A DNA stretch of 64,000 nt from the human T2T-CHM13v2.0 reference genome, Homo sapiens: the NCBI RefSeq assembly GCF_009914755.1, contig NC_060925.1, one strand, 5' to 3'. Within the stretch, counting starts at the first letter, position 1. Every line of letters starts with the position of its first letter. The notes under the pieces were generated by a model. The model did no database searches. It was not told the origin of the DNA and saw nothing but the letters and a program-made list of their open reading frames with translations. Positions 27,549-39,654 of the stretch are shown here, one piece after another. Made by a program: the position numbers and the translations under genes.

Positions 27549-27551
27549 ATA
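26977..27551 (+). mobile_element. 5'-truncated AluS with (AAAT)n tail, split by an AluY
   Basis: Left part 26977-27035, right arm ~27353-27510. Confidence 0.9.
27036..27352 (+). mobile_element. AluY nested in an older Alu
   Basis: CpG-rich with AluY diagnostics (catcctggctaacatggtg, gaatggcgtgaacccgggaggcggagcttgcag). TSD-like aaaaattagccttgtgtg / aaaaattagctaggtgtg. Confidence 0.95.
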
Positions 27552-27624
27552 GGCACGTTTATTGAGTAACCAGGGGAAGCAACAAAGAAAGAGGTGGCTA
27601 ATAAATGTTAATAAATGTGGGATT

Positions 27625-27768
27625 TTATGTATCCCAAGCTCCTACTTGTGTCTGCCTTCCACACTAGGCTGTGAGCCTCACAAGGGCATCTTAGGTGCAG
27701 CACAGTGCCTAGGCTGGGAGTGTCTGTGAAATGAATGAATGAATGAATGAGTGAGTGAATGAATGAAT
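27625..27768 (+). mobile_element. L2 3' end with (TGAA)n
   Basis: cactaggctgtgagcctc...aatgaatgaatgaatga. Confidence 0.75.
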
Positions 27769-28419
27769 GGTGACATGACATGTTGGGAGATTATTTGGCT
27801 CAATTCTTTGAACAGGACACTGCTAAGAACACCCAGTAGGGTCACCTGTGTAAGGACTACTAGGAAACATACTTTGCACAACATTCCTCGTGGATGGTGT
27901 GAAAAAGCGTTGTTCTTTTGGGACTTCCCAGGGCACAGGATGCCTCAGGGCTGAACTCCAGTCAGGGGGAGGAGAAGCTGGAGAAGAAGCAACATTTCCC
28001 TGTGGCCCAGGACTGGAATTCCAATTCTCCACTTGAAAGGGAGAACATCATCTAACTTATCTCTTCTCCAGGGTAGACCTGCAAGAGGCTGCCAGGGAAT
28101 CTGCCAGGTGTTTTATTTTTCCGCATTGGTGTGTAAATGACAACTAGCTGCCTTTCCGGCTGGAGGGAGGTTTCTGTTTAATTCAGGCTCTGGAGAGATG
28201 TCGTGGCAACCCGCACCTCCAGCGGAGAGGTTTATCTAATTGCACATGCAGGCCCACCTCCCTGTTCTGCTTCAGGAGGCTTTGCTGTTTATTGCATGCC
28301 CTGCCGTGCATGAGCTGTCACCTCTTCTGTGAAGCCTTCCTAGCCACGTGGCTCACAATCCCCACCAGAGCCCCCTCTCTCCCAGACTGCATCAACCATA
28401 TATAACCCAACCTGGCAGC

Positions 28420-28875
28420 AGTCTACTCATTTGCTTTTGCTACGTAACCACCATGCTACAACTTGTAGGCTTAAAACAATAAGCATTTACCAGCTCACAA
28501 TTCAGTGGGTGGTTCTGCTGGTCTAGGCTGGGTTCCCTCTGGCAGCTTCAGTCACCTGTCAGTCAGCTAAGTTCTGCCAGCCTAGTGAGCTACACATCTC
28601 TTGTCTTCCAGGAGGTTAACCCGAGCTTGTATGCATGGCTGTGCAGGATTTCAAGGTGAGTACAGAAGCTGAGGGGCTCTCTTGAGGCCTAAACTCTGAA
28701 TAGGCACAACATCCCATCTGCCCCATTCTATTGTTTAAAGCAAGTCACAAAGGCCAGCATTGATTTCAGCATCTGGAAAACAGGCTTCACTCTCCAAGGA
28801 AGGAGTTTGAATCCATGTTGCATAGAGGTATGCATGCAGGAAGAGAAAGAACTTGCAGCCATTTGACCATCTGCA
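28420..28875 (-). mobile_element. MLT1 LTR (H/F-like)
   Basis: ggcttaaaacaataagcattt...aaagcaagtcacaaaggccagc. Confidence 0.75.
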
Positions 28876-28989
28876 GGTGGTCTGTTATACTGGTTTATTA
28901 TTTAAACCTGGTCCTGATAAGGATTAGGTCTGAGGCTAAAATCCAGGAATATGAATTCCAAGTAACTGTCACAATAAAGTCTAGCATTT

Positions 28990-29240
28990 AGCCTATAGCT
29001 TGGGCTTTGAAGTCTACAGTCCTAGGTGTAAATTCTCTCTCTGCTGCTTATTCATTGTGTGACCTTGGGTAAATCACTTCCTTCTTTTGAGCTTCCATTT
29101 TCTCTTCTGAAAAATAGTAATATTAATAATATCAGCTTTGCAGGATATCTGTAAGGACCAAATGGCGTTTGAGCATAAAGCCCTTAGCACGGTGCTTGGC
29201 ACAAGGTAAATGCTTAATTAAAGTGGCTTTTATTATTATG
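28990..29240 (+). mobile_element. MIR
   Basis: tgtgtgaccttgggtaaatcactt...cttagcacggtgcttggcac. Confidence 0.85.
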
Positions 29241-29349
29241 ATTGTTCTTAAAAACAACAGATGTTTTCTCATCTACCATAAACTAAAACAATGGAATCCC
29301 CTCTCTCATATTCTTATACTGTGAGTTCCTCAAGGGCACAGTCTATATG

Positions 29350-29740
29350 TACAAACATATTCACTATAGCTTTGTTTATTATAGAAAAAAATTGAAAGAA
29401 GCATAAATATCCAACAGTAGGGGGTTGGTTAAATGAATTTTACTCTATCGACCCAAAGGATTGCAATGTAGTCATCAAGAATGATGTAGAGCTGTGTGTG
29501 CTGACATTGAAAGCCAAACATGATGTATTGTCAAGTGGAAAGGAAGGTTGCAAAATAGTACATATAGTACAAAGCCATCTGTGTAAAATATATTTATGTG
29601 TAGATGTACACCTAGAGGTCTTGGTGGAAATATGTAAAAAATGTAAAGATGGGAAGCTGTCTAGCTTCATGTTGTAAGATTATAGGATTTCCCCCCCTTT
29701 TATCTTAGCTTTCCTAACTTCTCTTCAATGAAATGTATCA
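29350..29740 (+). mobile_element. L1ME-like 3' fragment
   Basis: atattcactatagctttgtttattatagaaaaaaattgaaa...taaatatccaacagtagggg. Confidence 0.7.
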
Positions 29741-30067
29741 GTTAAGTAAATTTCTTTCAAAAGTTGCAATGGGAGAGCCACTTTGGGGCAACATAAAGGC
29801 AAGACTTCAGAACCACTGCTATGTGCCAGGCCTTGAAGGTGGCACTAGGAGTTTTTGAGCCTCTTAATTCCAGGCTGTGTGCTGGATGCCTCCTCCCCGA
29901 AGCTCTGGGGTGTGTTTTCACAGAAGCTACAACAGTTCACTCCTGACCCTCACTGTGGGATCGCTTTTCCCTGAGGGCACCAACAGCTGCTTTTTCCTTT
30001 CTTTGCTCTTGGAAACATTCCAATAGTTCCCAGGAAGCCAGTGTCGAAGGGAGAGGTAGGGTAACTT

Positions 30068-30459
30068 CTCAGGGGCTGTTCCATCCCCTTTCCAATCAGC
30101 TTGGGAGATGGAGGGACAAGGACCAGACCCAAGTGTCCAGGCTTGCAGCTCAGACCAGGGCAGTGGATGGGGGCTAGAAGACCAAGAACTTTCAGGGTGT
30201 AGGACCAGGGACTCTACTACCCTCACTGGTGCAACCAGAAAGGAAGGTACAAGTCAATGGCAGCACCAGAGGTACAGAGACCTGACTTAGAGGGGCTGAG
30301 CTACTTAAAAATTAAGAATGTCCACTAGCCATGATGCAGACACTCATCTCACCCAGGAGACCCCTCAGGCCCTCAGAGAAATAGATATCCCACCCCAGGC
30401 CACACTGTGTTTCCCCAACTCACCTAGATCCCCAGCTGAGTTCGCTCCGGAGACTGTGC
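30068..30459 (+). repeat. Inverted repeat pair 1, left arm
   Basis: Reverse complement of 31523-31918; about 33 substitutions and 1 indel by hand alignment (~91%). Confidence 0.97.
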
Positions 30460-31299
30460 ACTTTCATGGGCCCTGAAGCATCTCTGTTAGGTACTTCCCT
30501 TACTGACTGACCTAGTTTCTCCTGTAGGAGCCCCTGGGTCAGTGTATCCTCTTAAGGGTTTGCGAAAAGCAAAATGACCAACCCCAGCCACTTAAACAAG
30601 AGGAGATTTGATGCTTCTTACCAAAAGCGCATTTGCCACATCAGGAACTAGCATATCCCAGTAAGAGTGGGTTATGTTGATGATGCAGCTGTGGCCGGAT
30701 TCTAGCAGCTGGGCAAGTTTGAGTGTGATCGTTGATACCGCACAGTGACTGGGGGCTTTTAGGGCATGGGAATCGGAAGATTAAGATAACTGAGGAAAAC
30801 AGTTTGGGGAACAACGCAGTGATTTTTAAAATATTTGGCTGAGGCATTTCCCTAATAACACTTTGGATAGATCAATGAGGCCATCTCCCTGGTTAACCAC
30901 AGAGAAGCATGGTGGATATGGCTTCCGCCCTTGTCATGCCAAAATGCAAACATTTGTGGGCGTGTGTGGATGTGATGTTGAGTCACAATATTGTTAATTA
31001 TGAGGAAGTTTAGAAATTGAGGCAAACTTTCTCCCACCCCCATTTGCCAACAAATTAAGGCAGGCTGGCTGTGAATTACCAGCCATCATTCCTCCCTTTT
31101 CCAACTCCATAATTGGGTTAGAATACCTCTGTTAGACTATGTTGCCTCCAGAACTTGAGCTAAGTTAGAGCCTTTTATAAATTAGGCTATAAGTGGGAAT
31201 ATGTTTTCCCATCTGGTATCTAAATTTAGAAAATCTGCCATTTTGCATGAGGCACTGAGATAAACAGCAAAGCCCAGGGTTCTGTGGTATTTGTGTGGC

Positions 31300-31522
31300 T
31301 TGAGACGCAGCATGTATGCATAGTAGTGGTGGAATCCCTGGGCTTTATAGGAACTGCTGAGATGCCACTTCTGACTCTACTACTTATTATGCTGTGGCCT
31401 TGGACAAGTATCTTACTCTGTCTGTGTCTCAGTGTTTCCATCAGCAAAATGGGGAAATGAGAACACCAGCCTCATAAGGTTACCATGGAGTCTTTGTAAA
31501 GTGCTTAGAATGCCTTTACAAG
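31300..31522 (+). mobile_element. MIR, cut off by the right arm of IR pair 1
   Basis: gctgtggccttggacaagt...ctttgtaaagtgcttagaa. Confidence 0.8.
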
Positions 31523-31918
31523 GCACAGTCCCTGGAGCGAACTCATCTGGGGATCTAGGTGAGTTGGGGAAACACAGTGTGGCCCGGGGTGGGATATCTA
31601 TTTCTCCGAGGGCCTGAGGGGTCTCCTGGGTGAGATGAGTGTCTGCATCATGGCTCGTGGACATTCTTGATTTTTAAGTAGCTCAGCCCCTCTAAGTAGG
31701 GTCAGTCTCTATACCTCTGGTGCTGCCATTGACTCGTACCTTCCTTTCTTGCCACACCAATGAAGGTAGCACAGTCCCTGGTCCTACACCCTGAACGTTC
31801 TCAGTCCTTTAGCCCCTGTCCACTGCCCTGGCCTGAGCTGCAAGCCTGGATACCTGGGTCTAGTCCTTGTCCCTCCATCTCTCAAGCTGTTTAGAAAGGG
31901 GATGGAGCTGCCCCTGAG
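31523..31918 (-). repeat. Inverted repeat pair 1, right arm
   Basis: Reverse complement of 30068-30459. Confidence 0.97.
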
Positions 31919-32239
31919 TTCCATATGAGAGGAACCAAGTAAACCTTAACAACCACTATTCCTAGGCTTAAACTGCATAAAATTCCAAGTGCACAAAGGC
32001 ATCCTATTACAAGAGATCTTCTGGAGCAACACAAGGTGAATGTGGCATTGGTGCACTCTCTTTTCTGAGAAGGTGGCCTTCACTGTCAGAGTTGTCTGCC
32101 TTAACCCAGCTGGAGTTACACCCAACTCCCTGCCTGCCTTCACCCCTGCATCCTTACAGCCAGATGTGGCTGGAGGGAAACCTCTAAGGGCTCTCCTCTT
32201 CAGTGTATGTCCACCCAAGTCAAAGAGACCCTTAACACA

Positions 32240-34045
32240 ATCTGATAATTAGGCACCAGACCCTGACTCCTGCTCTCTCTCCATCTCCTGAATAATTATT
32301 TCACACCTCCTCTTCCTTCTCCTCCTCCTCACTCTTAGTACTAGCCTTCCTCCCTAGTTCCCTGAGAACATGGACAGGCTCAGAGGATAACTTTCACAGC
32401 TTTTCAGAGCCTCGGTATCTGCATCTTTGCCCGTGCTGCCTTCCCTCCTGTTGAGCTGTGCATGCTCCTGTTCTAGGCCACTCTCAACCTATGCACCAGA
32501 TTTCATCCCTTCTTGTCTCAGAAGGACATCCATTGATCCTGACAATATCTCCTCTGTTTTCCTCATATCAATTCTCCTTTGCTGTGGCATCATTCCCATA
32601 ATCATGCAAACATTGTTAAAACAACAACAGTCTTTATGACACCTCTCCTACCCCAGATCCTCCCAAATCTCTCCACACCTCCTTACAACACTGTTTTGGA
32701 AGCATTGCCCATATGTATGCTATCAACATCCTTTCCTCCCATTTCATCCAACCTGTTCAACTCGCTTTTATTCCTACAGCTCTGCAAGGTCACTAGCAAC
32801 TTTTTGTTGCCTAATCCAAGGTCAGCCCTCAGTGATTAACCTCCTCAGCCTCTCAGCAGCAGCTGACACAGCCACTTTCCCCCTCCTGCCTGAAACACTT
32901 TCTTCTCTTAGTTTCTTATCCACCTCTTGCCTTATTGGGCAATTTCAACCTACTTAGAGGTTGGTTCCCTCTTGTCTCTCTTGCCTTTCAATGTTGACGT
33001 GCAGTTTCACTCAGTCTCAAACTTTTTCTCTTCTCTATCTGAACTAGGTTGTCCTATCTGGTCTCATGACTTTAAACTCCATGTTTAGGCAGAGGACACC
33101 CAAATGTGTAACTTCAACCCAGATATCTCCCCCGAATAGCCACATATCTGATTATTTATTGAACATCTCCACTTGAATAACTAATGGACATCTCTACCTA
33201 AAGTATCCAAAACTGAACTTCTCATAGCTATCACCACACTAGCTCCACTTGGACTCCCTCCTATCTCAGAAAATGGCAATGTTATTCTTCCACTTGTTCA
33301 GGCCTCAAATCTTGGAATTATCTCAACTCCTCTCCTTCTTCCCCCATATCCAATCTGTCAGCAAATCCAGCTGGCTCTTCTTTCAAAATTAAGCCAGAAT
33401 AAGGCTTCTTTTCACCACTGCTGATATTACCACCCTGGCCAAAGACATGATCATCTCTCACCTGGATTATTTCAGTCTTCTTCCAATTGGTTCTCCTGCA
33501 CTCCTGCATCTATTCTCAGTGTAGCACCTGGGTGAGATTTTGATCCTTTAAAAATACACATCCTGTCATATCACCCCTCAGCAGCAAACCCTCCCTTAGC
33601 TTTCCTTTTCACCTCGAGAAAAAGCCAAAGGCCTTGCAGTGGTATACAAGGGCCAGAGGCCCCCACTGCCTTCTGGACCTCAGCTCCTGAGGCTCTTGCT
33701 GACACTGAACCTGCTCAAACCACACTGGCCTCCTTGTTTTTCTTTCAGTGTATCAAGCAAACACTGACCTCAGGCCCTTTGTGTGGGTATTCTCTCTCTA
33801 GAAATCTCTCCTCCAGTGATCTGCATGATTCACCTAATTCAAACCTTGCTCAAGTGTCACCTCCTCAGAGACAGCTCCAATCCCTTCACCTCTGTTGCTC
33901 CCAAACTCCTTCCTCTGCTTTATTTCCCTCCATATTTCTTCTCCAATAGCAGAGCTCCTCATCTGTTTTGTTCACTGCTATAGGTCCAGAACTTAGCACA
34001 CTTAGTAGTTCTCCATGAACTTTTGCTTAATGAATGGATAAGTAA
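32240..34045 (+). mobile_element. Long L2 (L2a-like) fragment
   Basis: gacctctcagcagca-like motif, catctccacttgaataactaatggacatctc, ccaaaactgaactt; ends aatgaatggata. Confidence 0.85.
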
Positions 34046-34634
34046 ACCTACTCTCCCCAACTCCTTGTCATGTGAGTTGTCATGGGAATGTGGAAGGTAT
34101 AGTGTTGGGATGACAGCATGATGGGGTCAGTGGGAAGGACCTGGGAGGTAGATACAATTTTGTAACTTGTAAATTATTTAAAAGCCCTCTCTCACTGAGT
34201 AAGGTTTGGCCTGGGGCATGAAGGCAATTGGGTCTTCTAAGATTCTGCAATTCTGACATCTCTGTCTTAATTTACATAATTCCAAGGGCTACCACTGGTA
34301 AGGTACAAGGAGATCCATGAATGGTGTATGTACCATGCATTTGCCACAGATTTCCATGGGTATGTTATGTCTTCCTTAAAAACCTCTGGTGGGCAAGGAG
34401 GGGTGTTTGATGTTTTCTGTATCCTTTGGAAATCTCATGGTTGTAACATGAGTTACGTACTTACTAAAGGCTGATTGATAGATTGATTGCACAAAATGTA
34501 AGAGGAGCCATGAAGGCTGGGAGATGTTCTGCAATGAGGTTTACCATCTAACTCTGTAACTAGAGATTTAACTAATTGATTGCCCTTTGCAGTTACGGTG
34601 AGCTTGCTTACCTGTATTCTCTTCCCAGTAGAGC

Positions 34635-35020
34635 TATTAGACAGTACGGGCAATAACCCCCAAATTCCAGCGGCTTAAAAAAATACAAGTTCATTTCTCA
34701 CCCACGAAAAGCCCAATCAGTTGTTTGGAGGGTGCTCTACCAGGAAGGAATTATTGGGCCCAGGTTTAACCATTTTGTGGTTCCAGCACCCCTAAGGGTC
34801 TGGGAGTCCTCTGTTAGAACCCCTGCTAACAGATGTGGAAAGAGAGGAGATATCCTGAGTGGGAGGACTGTGTGGCAAACATGCCCACTCCCATTCCCTT
34901 GGTCAGAATTCAGTCACATGATCACACCTAGCTTCAAGGGAGGTTGAGAGACATCATCTAGCCAGCCATGTGCCTGGGGGGAAAAAGAAATGGTTTTGAT
35001 GGATAGCAGTTGAGTCCCTA
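34635..35020 (-). mobile_element. MLT1J/I-like LTR
   Basis: ccaaattccagcggcttaaa...cattcccttggtcagaattcagtcacatg. Confidence 0.75.
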
Positions 35021-36705
35021 CCATGACGGAGAAACTGAAGGTCAACATTAGCCTACCCCAGACCACATAATGACAAATTCTGTTTCTCAGGTAACCTTGG
35101 GTAAGTTAAAATCACCATGTCTCAGTTTTCTCTCTCCAAAAACCCTCTTCCTCAATCCCCTTTTCTCCTGATCCTATTAACTTTCTATGAGGGTGAAACA
35201 TTTACGATTTGTTTACCAGTGACTTAGCTACTTTTTCTAGGTTCTACTGACTGGTCTGTCTCGCAATTCATGCTGAGATCCAAGATCTACCACACTAGAA
35301 GCTTAGCGAAAGCTTCCATCTTTTTACACTGTTATTACTAGTTATTGAGAATGTCCCAGGAATAGCCAACAGCTCATGCAAAGGTCTCAAGGCAGGAAGG
35401 AGTTCAAGGGGGCTGGGAAGCATCTATGGCCTGGAGGCTTGGCATGAGGTGCCTGGCATCGGGCATCTCCAATCTACACTGCCAATTGTGTGAGCTTAGA
35501 CAAGTTATGTAATATCCAGGGCTGTATTCATTTCGGTTTACTAGGGATAATAGAGGCATTGATCTTATAAGTATATTGTGATGATTCAATGAGATAACAT
35601 ATCTGGAATACTAACTATGCCTGACTTGTTAGCTGTTATTATTGTTACTATATCACCATAATTATGTTAAAATGATCAGCCAACCTTTACCTGGGTCCTT
35701 GTTTCAGAAAACTTTTCCCTCTAGGCAGCCTCTGCCTTTCTAATCCAGCATCTACATGGAACAACCACGGCCTCCCAGGGCAGATCATGTGTTTGTTGTA
35801 GCTGCTATGGCCCCATTGAAACCCAGGTTCCGGCCCTGTGGCCCTGCTTCTCAGATGACTTGTGCCCTGAGCACATGAACCTCGATCAACATCAGATCCA
35901 TCTGTCCACTCTTGCCCTGCTTTTCTATAATTGCATTTGTTTTGTGCCACATAGGTCAGAGTTACATTCGTTGGATTGGTCATTCTGGAAATCCCTACTC
36001 TGCCAGGAGTTTCATATTTATCCATGCTGCAACTGTCTTTGAATTTTAGCTCAGATCCACAGCCAGAAGATTCTCTGACAACTGACAGAATGAAACTCTT
36101 GTGAATGAGGAGACAGGTTGGCCTGGCTTTCTGACGCTCCCGGCTCCCTTTCGGACCCCTTCCCTCAGGCAGACAGGGAGCCCTCCCTGCTCCTCAGGGT
36201 TTTGCTCCAGACATCCAGGGGTCAATGGGAGGTCCAGAAACCTGCCAGGTGAGGCCTTCTGAAAACAAGAAATCCCTGTACAACCAAGGGAATCTCTAGT
36301 CCCTCATCTCATGGCCTTTCATTCCAAGCAACAGGCAGTGACAGGACAAAGCAACGCTGACAGCTTGGTGGAGCTCATTGTGGCGGAGGTGTGAGCTGAA
36401 TGGAGCTGGCTTGCTGCTGATGTGCCCTGTGTGTTTACCTACACACCACAAAGGAAGCAGGTTTAACCCTTCATGGAGCCTGTCTCCAATCTAGCTCTGA
36501 TTGTTCATTTATTCATTCGTTTGTTTAATCAAGTGCTCAAGAAGAATTTAAGAAGAATTTAAAAATACTTCTTATGTGGCAGGCACTAAGATTATACTGG
36601 GAACACCAGTATAAATAAGACTGCTTCTCTCCTTGAGAAACTCGTGTTCTAAATACACAACAGATTAAAAACAGGGTACAAAATGCTGCAGTAAAAGTGA
36701 GCGTT

Positions 36706-36995
36706 GGCCAGGCTCAGTGGTTCATACCTGTAATCCCAGCACTTTGGGAGGGCAAGGTGGGTGGATCACTTGAGCCCAGGAGTTTGAGACCAGCCCGGGC
36801 AACCCCATCTATACAAAAAATACAAAAATTAGCTGGGCATGGTGGTGTGCACCTGTAGTCAGTCCCAGCTACCTGGGAGGCTGAGGTGGGAGGATCGCTC
36901 CAGCCCAGGAGGCAGAGGTTGCAATGAGCGAGATCACGCCACTGCACTCCAGCCATGGCAACAGAATGAGACCTTGTCAAAAAAAAAAAAAAAAA
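36706..36995 (+). mobile_element. AluJ inserted in a minus-strand L2 (~36500-37100)
   Basis: cacttgagcccaggagtttgagacc diagnostics; TSD aaaagtgagcgtt / aaaagtgagcatt. Confidence 0.95.
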
Positions 36996-37959
36996 GTGAG
37001 CATTAAGTATTATGAGAACACAGAGTAGGAAGGGGGCAATTTGCCTGATAGGGGATAGTAGGTCCGAGAAGGCTTCCCTAAAAAAGGAACATAACAATCT
37101 TGAAGAAATGGGCAGAGAATCTGGAGTGTGTTGAATAAAGTTGTTTTCGTTTCAGGTAACAGAAAGTGACTAATTGGTTAAAACAGAAGACAGCTATTGG
37201 GAGAGTCCTTGTTGTTTCAAGGAATCCAAGGAAGAGATGAGCAAGTACATCTCAAGAGCTGCAAGAAGCCAAACGCTCTATAGAGCTTGCATTGAGTTTG
37301 CATCTTCACTAACTCCTAGTCTCTGGGTCTTTTTTGGGTCCAAAATTCCAGATTTTTACAAGAACTTGATTGGCCCAGGTTGGTTCAGAGGTCCATTCTT
37401 GGCTTATTTATCTGGACCTGAAGGCACAATTCAGGTAGCTTAGACTCAACCACTGAATCCATGGCCTCTGGAGAAGAAGGCTTCAGAGAAGAGAGGTCAC
37501 CATGGGCTTAGTGCTTACCCCAAGAGATGGCTTTTGCAAGGAGACAGGGCATTCTGGTTGGAGAAAGTAGTGTGGGCAAACACATTGAGACATGAAGGCT
37601 GAAAAAGGTCCATGGTGTGATTGTGGCAATACAGAAAATTTGGGGTTACTTCCGTTGTGCAATCTCTATAACATTGCATGTAAATGGAATATCCATTAAT
37701 CATGTCATATTTTGTATGTAGGAAGGGAACCTGATATTTACAGTCATTTTAGTTAAGCTTTCTTGACTAATTTAAGCCAAAAGGGCACTTATTGGAAACT
37801 TATAGGGGGTGGGCACAAAATTGCAAAGGAGTGAGAAAAATCATGTTTCTAATTGGCAGGATCTGGACATGTCCTGCAAATTGTGGTGACAGACACCTCT
37901 CTGCCTTCCTCTGGTCACCACTGCTGGAATGAATAGAGTTGAGCTGTGTGCAGCAGGAT

Positions 37960-38358
37960 GCCTCCAGAGACGTGCAAGCCAGACATGAGGTGAGGGCAGG
38001 ATTCACTGGTTCTCAGGAAACTTGTCCCACAATTAAACAGCAAGAGTGCCAATAGGTGGGAGGATTCCGACTTCTTCAGCTGAACAGCTTGCCTCGTCTT
38101 GGCTTGGGCACACTTTAGAGGAACAATTGTTTTGTAGAGGGGTGGCCGTTCTGGAAACCAAGTCTAATGGCTGGTGTGGATGTGGAGAGTCAGGAATCAG
38201 CCATTGCTTCAGGGACTGTGGAAGAGGGTCCAAGATCTCTGTGGAGTCTGAAGAGTGTGCAGGTGAACTGCAGACAACGCCAGAACTGTGCATCCCTCTT
38301 CCTTTCCTCCCCCTACATTTTACCTCCCTAGAGCATTTCCACACCTACTGATGCCTTG
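37960..38358 (+). repeat. Inverted repeat pair 2, left arm
   Basis: Reverse complement of 39655-40047; ~80% by hand alignment. Confidence 0.95.
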
Positions 38359-38379
38359 CACCATGGAGATTAAATCTAC

Positions 38380-38610
38380 AGACACTGGAGTCAGACAGGC
38401 TGGGTGTGCCTTCAGCCACTGCCCCTTTCTAATGAAGTGAGCTTAGGTGAATTATCTCACCTCTCTGAACCTCAGTGTTGTCTTAAAAAACATGGATATA
38501 ATTGTAATCATGTCATTGGGTGGGTGGTTGTGCAAATGAGATAATGAATATGAATCACCAAGCCTATAGTGGATGCTCAATAAATGGCAGTTGCTTTTAT
38601 GGTTGTGTTT
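38380..38610 (+). mobile_element. MIR
   Basis: ctggagtcagacaggctgggt...cacctctctgaacctcagt...gctcaataaatggcagttgc. Confidence 0.85.
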
Positions 38611-38959
38611 TTAAATTGGTATTATTGTCACCACTCAGAAATGTACATGCTGGTTCTCAGCCTATGGGCCTAAAAACAAACACCCATAAAAGGATTTCTC
38701 TCTCTCTGTTCTTCTGGGAATCTTTCCAAGTTTTGTTTCCTAATTCTGCTGGTCCACCTTGCCTGTTCCTCATTTATGACTGATCATCATAGATTTGCAT
38801 TTCTATGATCCATCAAGACGAGGAAGGAGATGGGACCAGATGGAACCAGGATTGAGCAGGAGGCTCTACTCTGGCACTGGACTCCCAGAAAGATTGCTAT
38901 CCATCCTTTATGCCATGCTCATAGGGGCATGGAGAACTCAGACTGGACCCCTGTCATCT

Positions 38960-39530
38960 CCTGTATTGCTTAGGAAAGCATTTGGCTGCAAGTAACAGAA
39001 AACTTGGTTGAAAGTGGTTTAAACAAATAGGGGTTTATTTTTCTCACATCCGAGGTGCCTGGAGGCTGGAGGCTTCTGGAAATAGCTCAGCACCTGGATA
39101 ATGTCAGGGGTGGCATCTCTGAGACTCTCCTGGCCTTTACATCTGCATTTTGCTTCATGACCACGGTTGGTTGCTACAGCTCTGGACAGGGCACCTGTGT
39201 TCAAGGTAGGAAGAGGAGAAGGAGAAAAGAGAGAGAGACAGCTCCAGCTCTGCCTTTCGCCCTTCATCATGGAGGTAGAAAACTTCCCAGAACCACTTAG
39301 AAGACTTCCAGATGCCACTGGCAAAACAAACAAACAAACAAACAAACAAAAAAACCAAGGTACAAAAGCCAACCCTACTTGCTGGGAGAGCAAAGCCTGG
39401 TCTTGTTATGTTCAGATTAGGGACAAATCTGGCTTGTCTACAAGGACTGGACACATCATTGCTATGAACAAAATCAGGTTCAATGAGCAAGGAAGAAAGA
39501 GGGAATAGATATTGAGTGGGCAAGAAACAG
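38960..39530 (-). mobile_element. MLT1K/L-like LTR
   Basis: tttggctgcaagtaacagaaaac...agtggtttaaacaaataggggtttatttttctcacat. Confidence 0.75.
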
Positions 39531-39654
39531 AACCTGCATAGTTTCACCCCCAGAAATTTAATCTTTGGGAGTGTGAGACACAGCAGGAGAGCTATGGCCA
39601 ATGAGGGGCTGCATCCAAAGTGGGTGTGTGAAGCACATGCCATTGGAACTCCTC

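Noticed and set aside
30673-30705. YVDD reverse-transcriptase-like motif in the IR1 spacer
   Set aside because: A stop follows seven codons later and there are no other RT motifs; a chance 4-mer.
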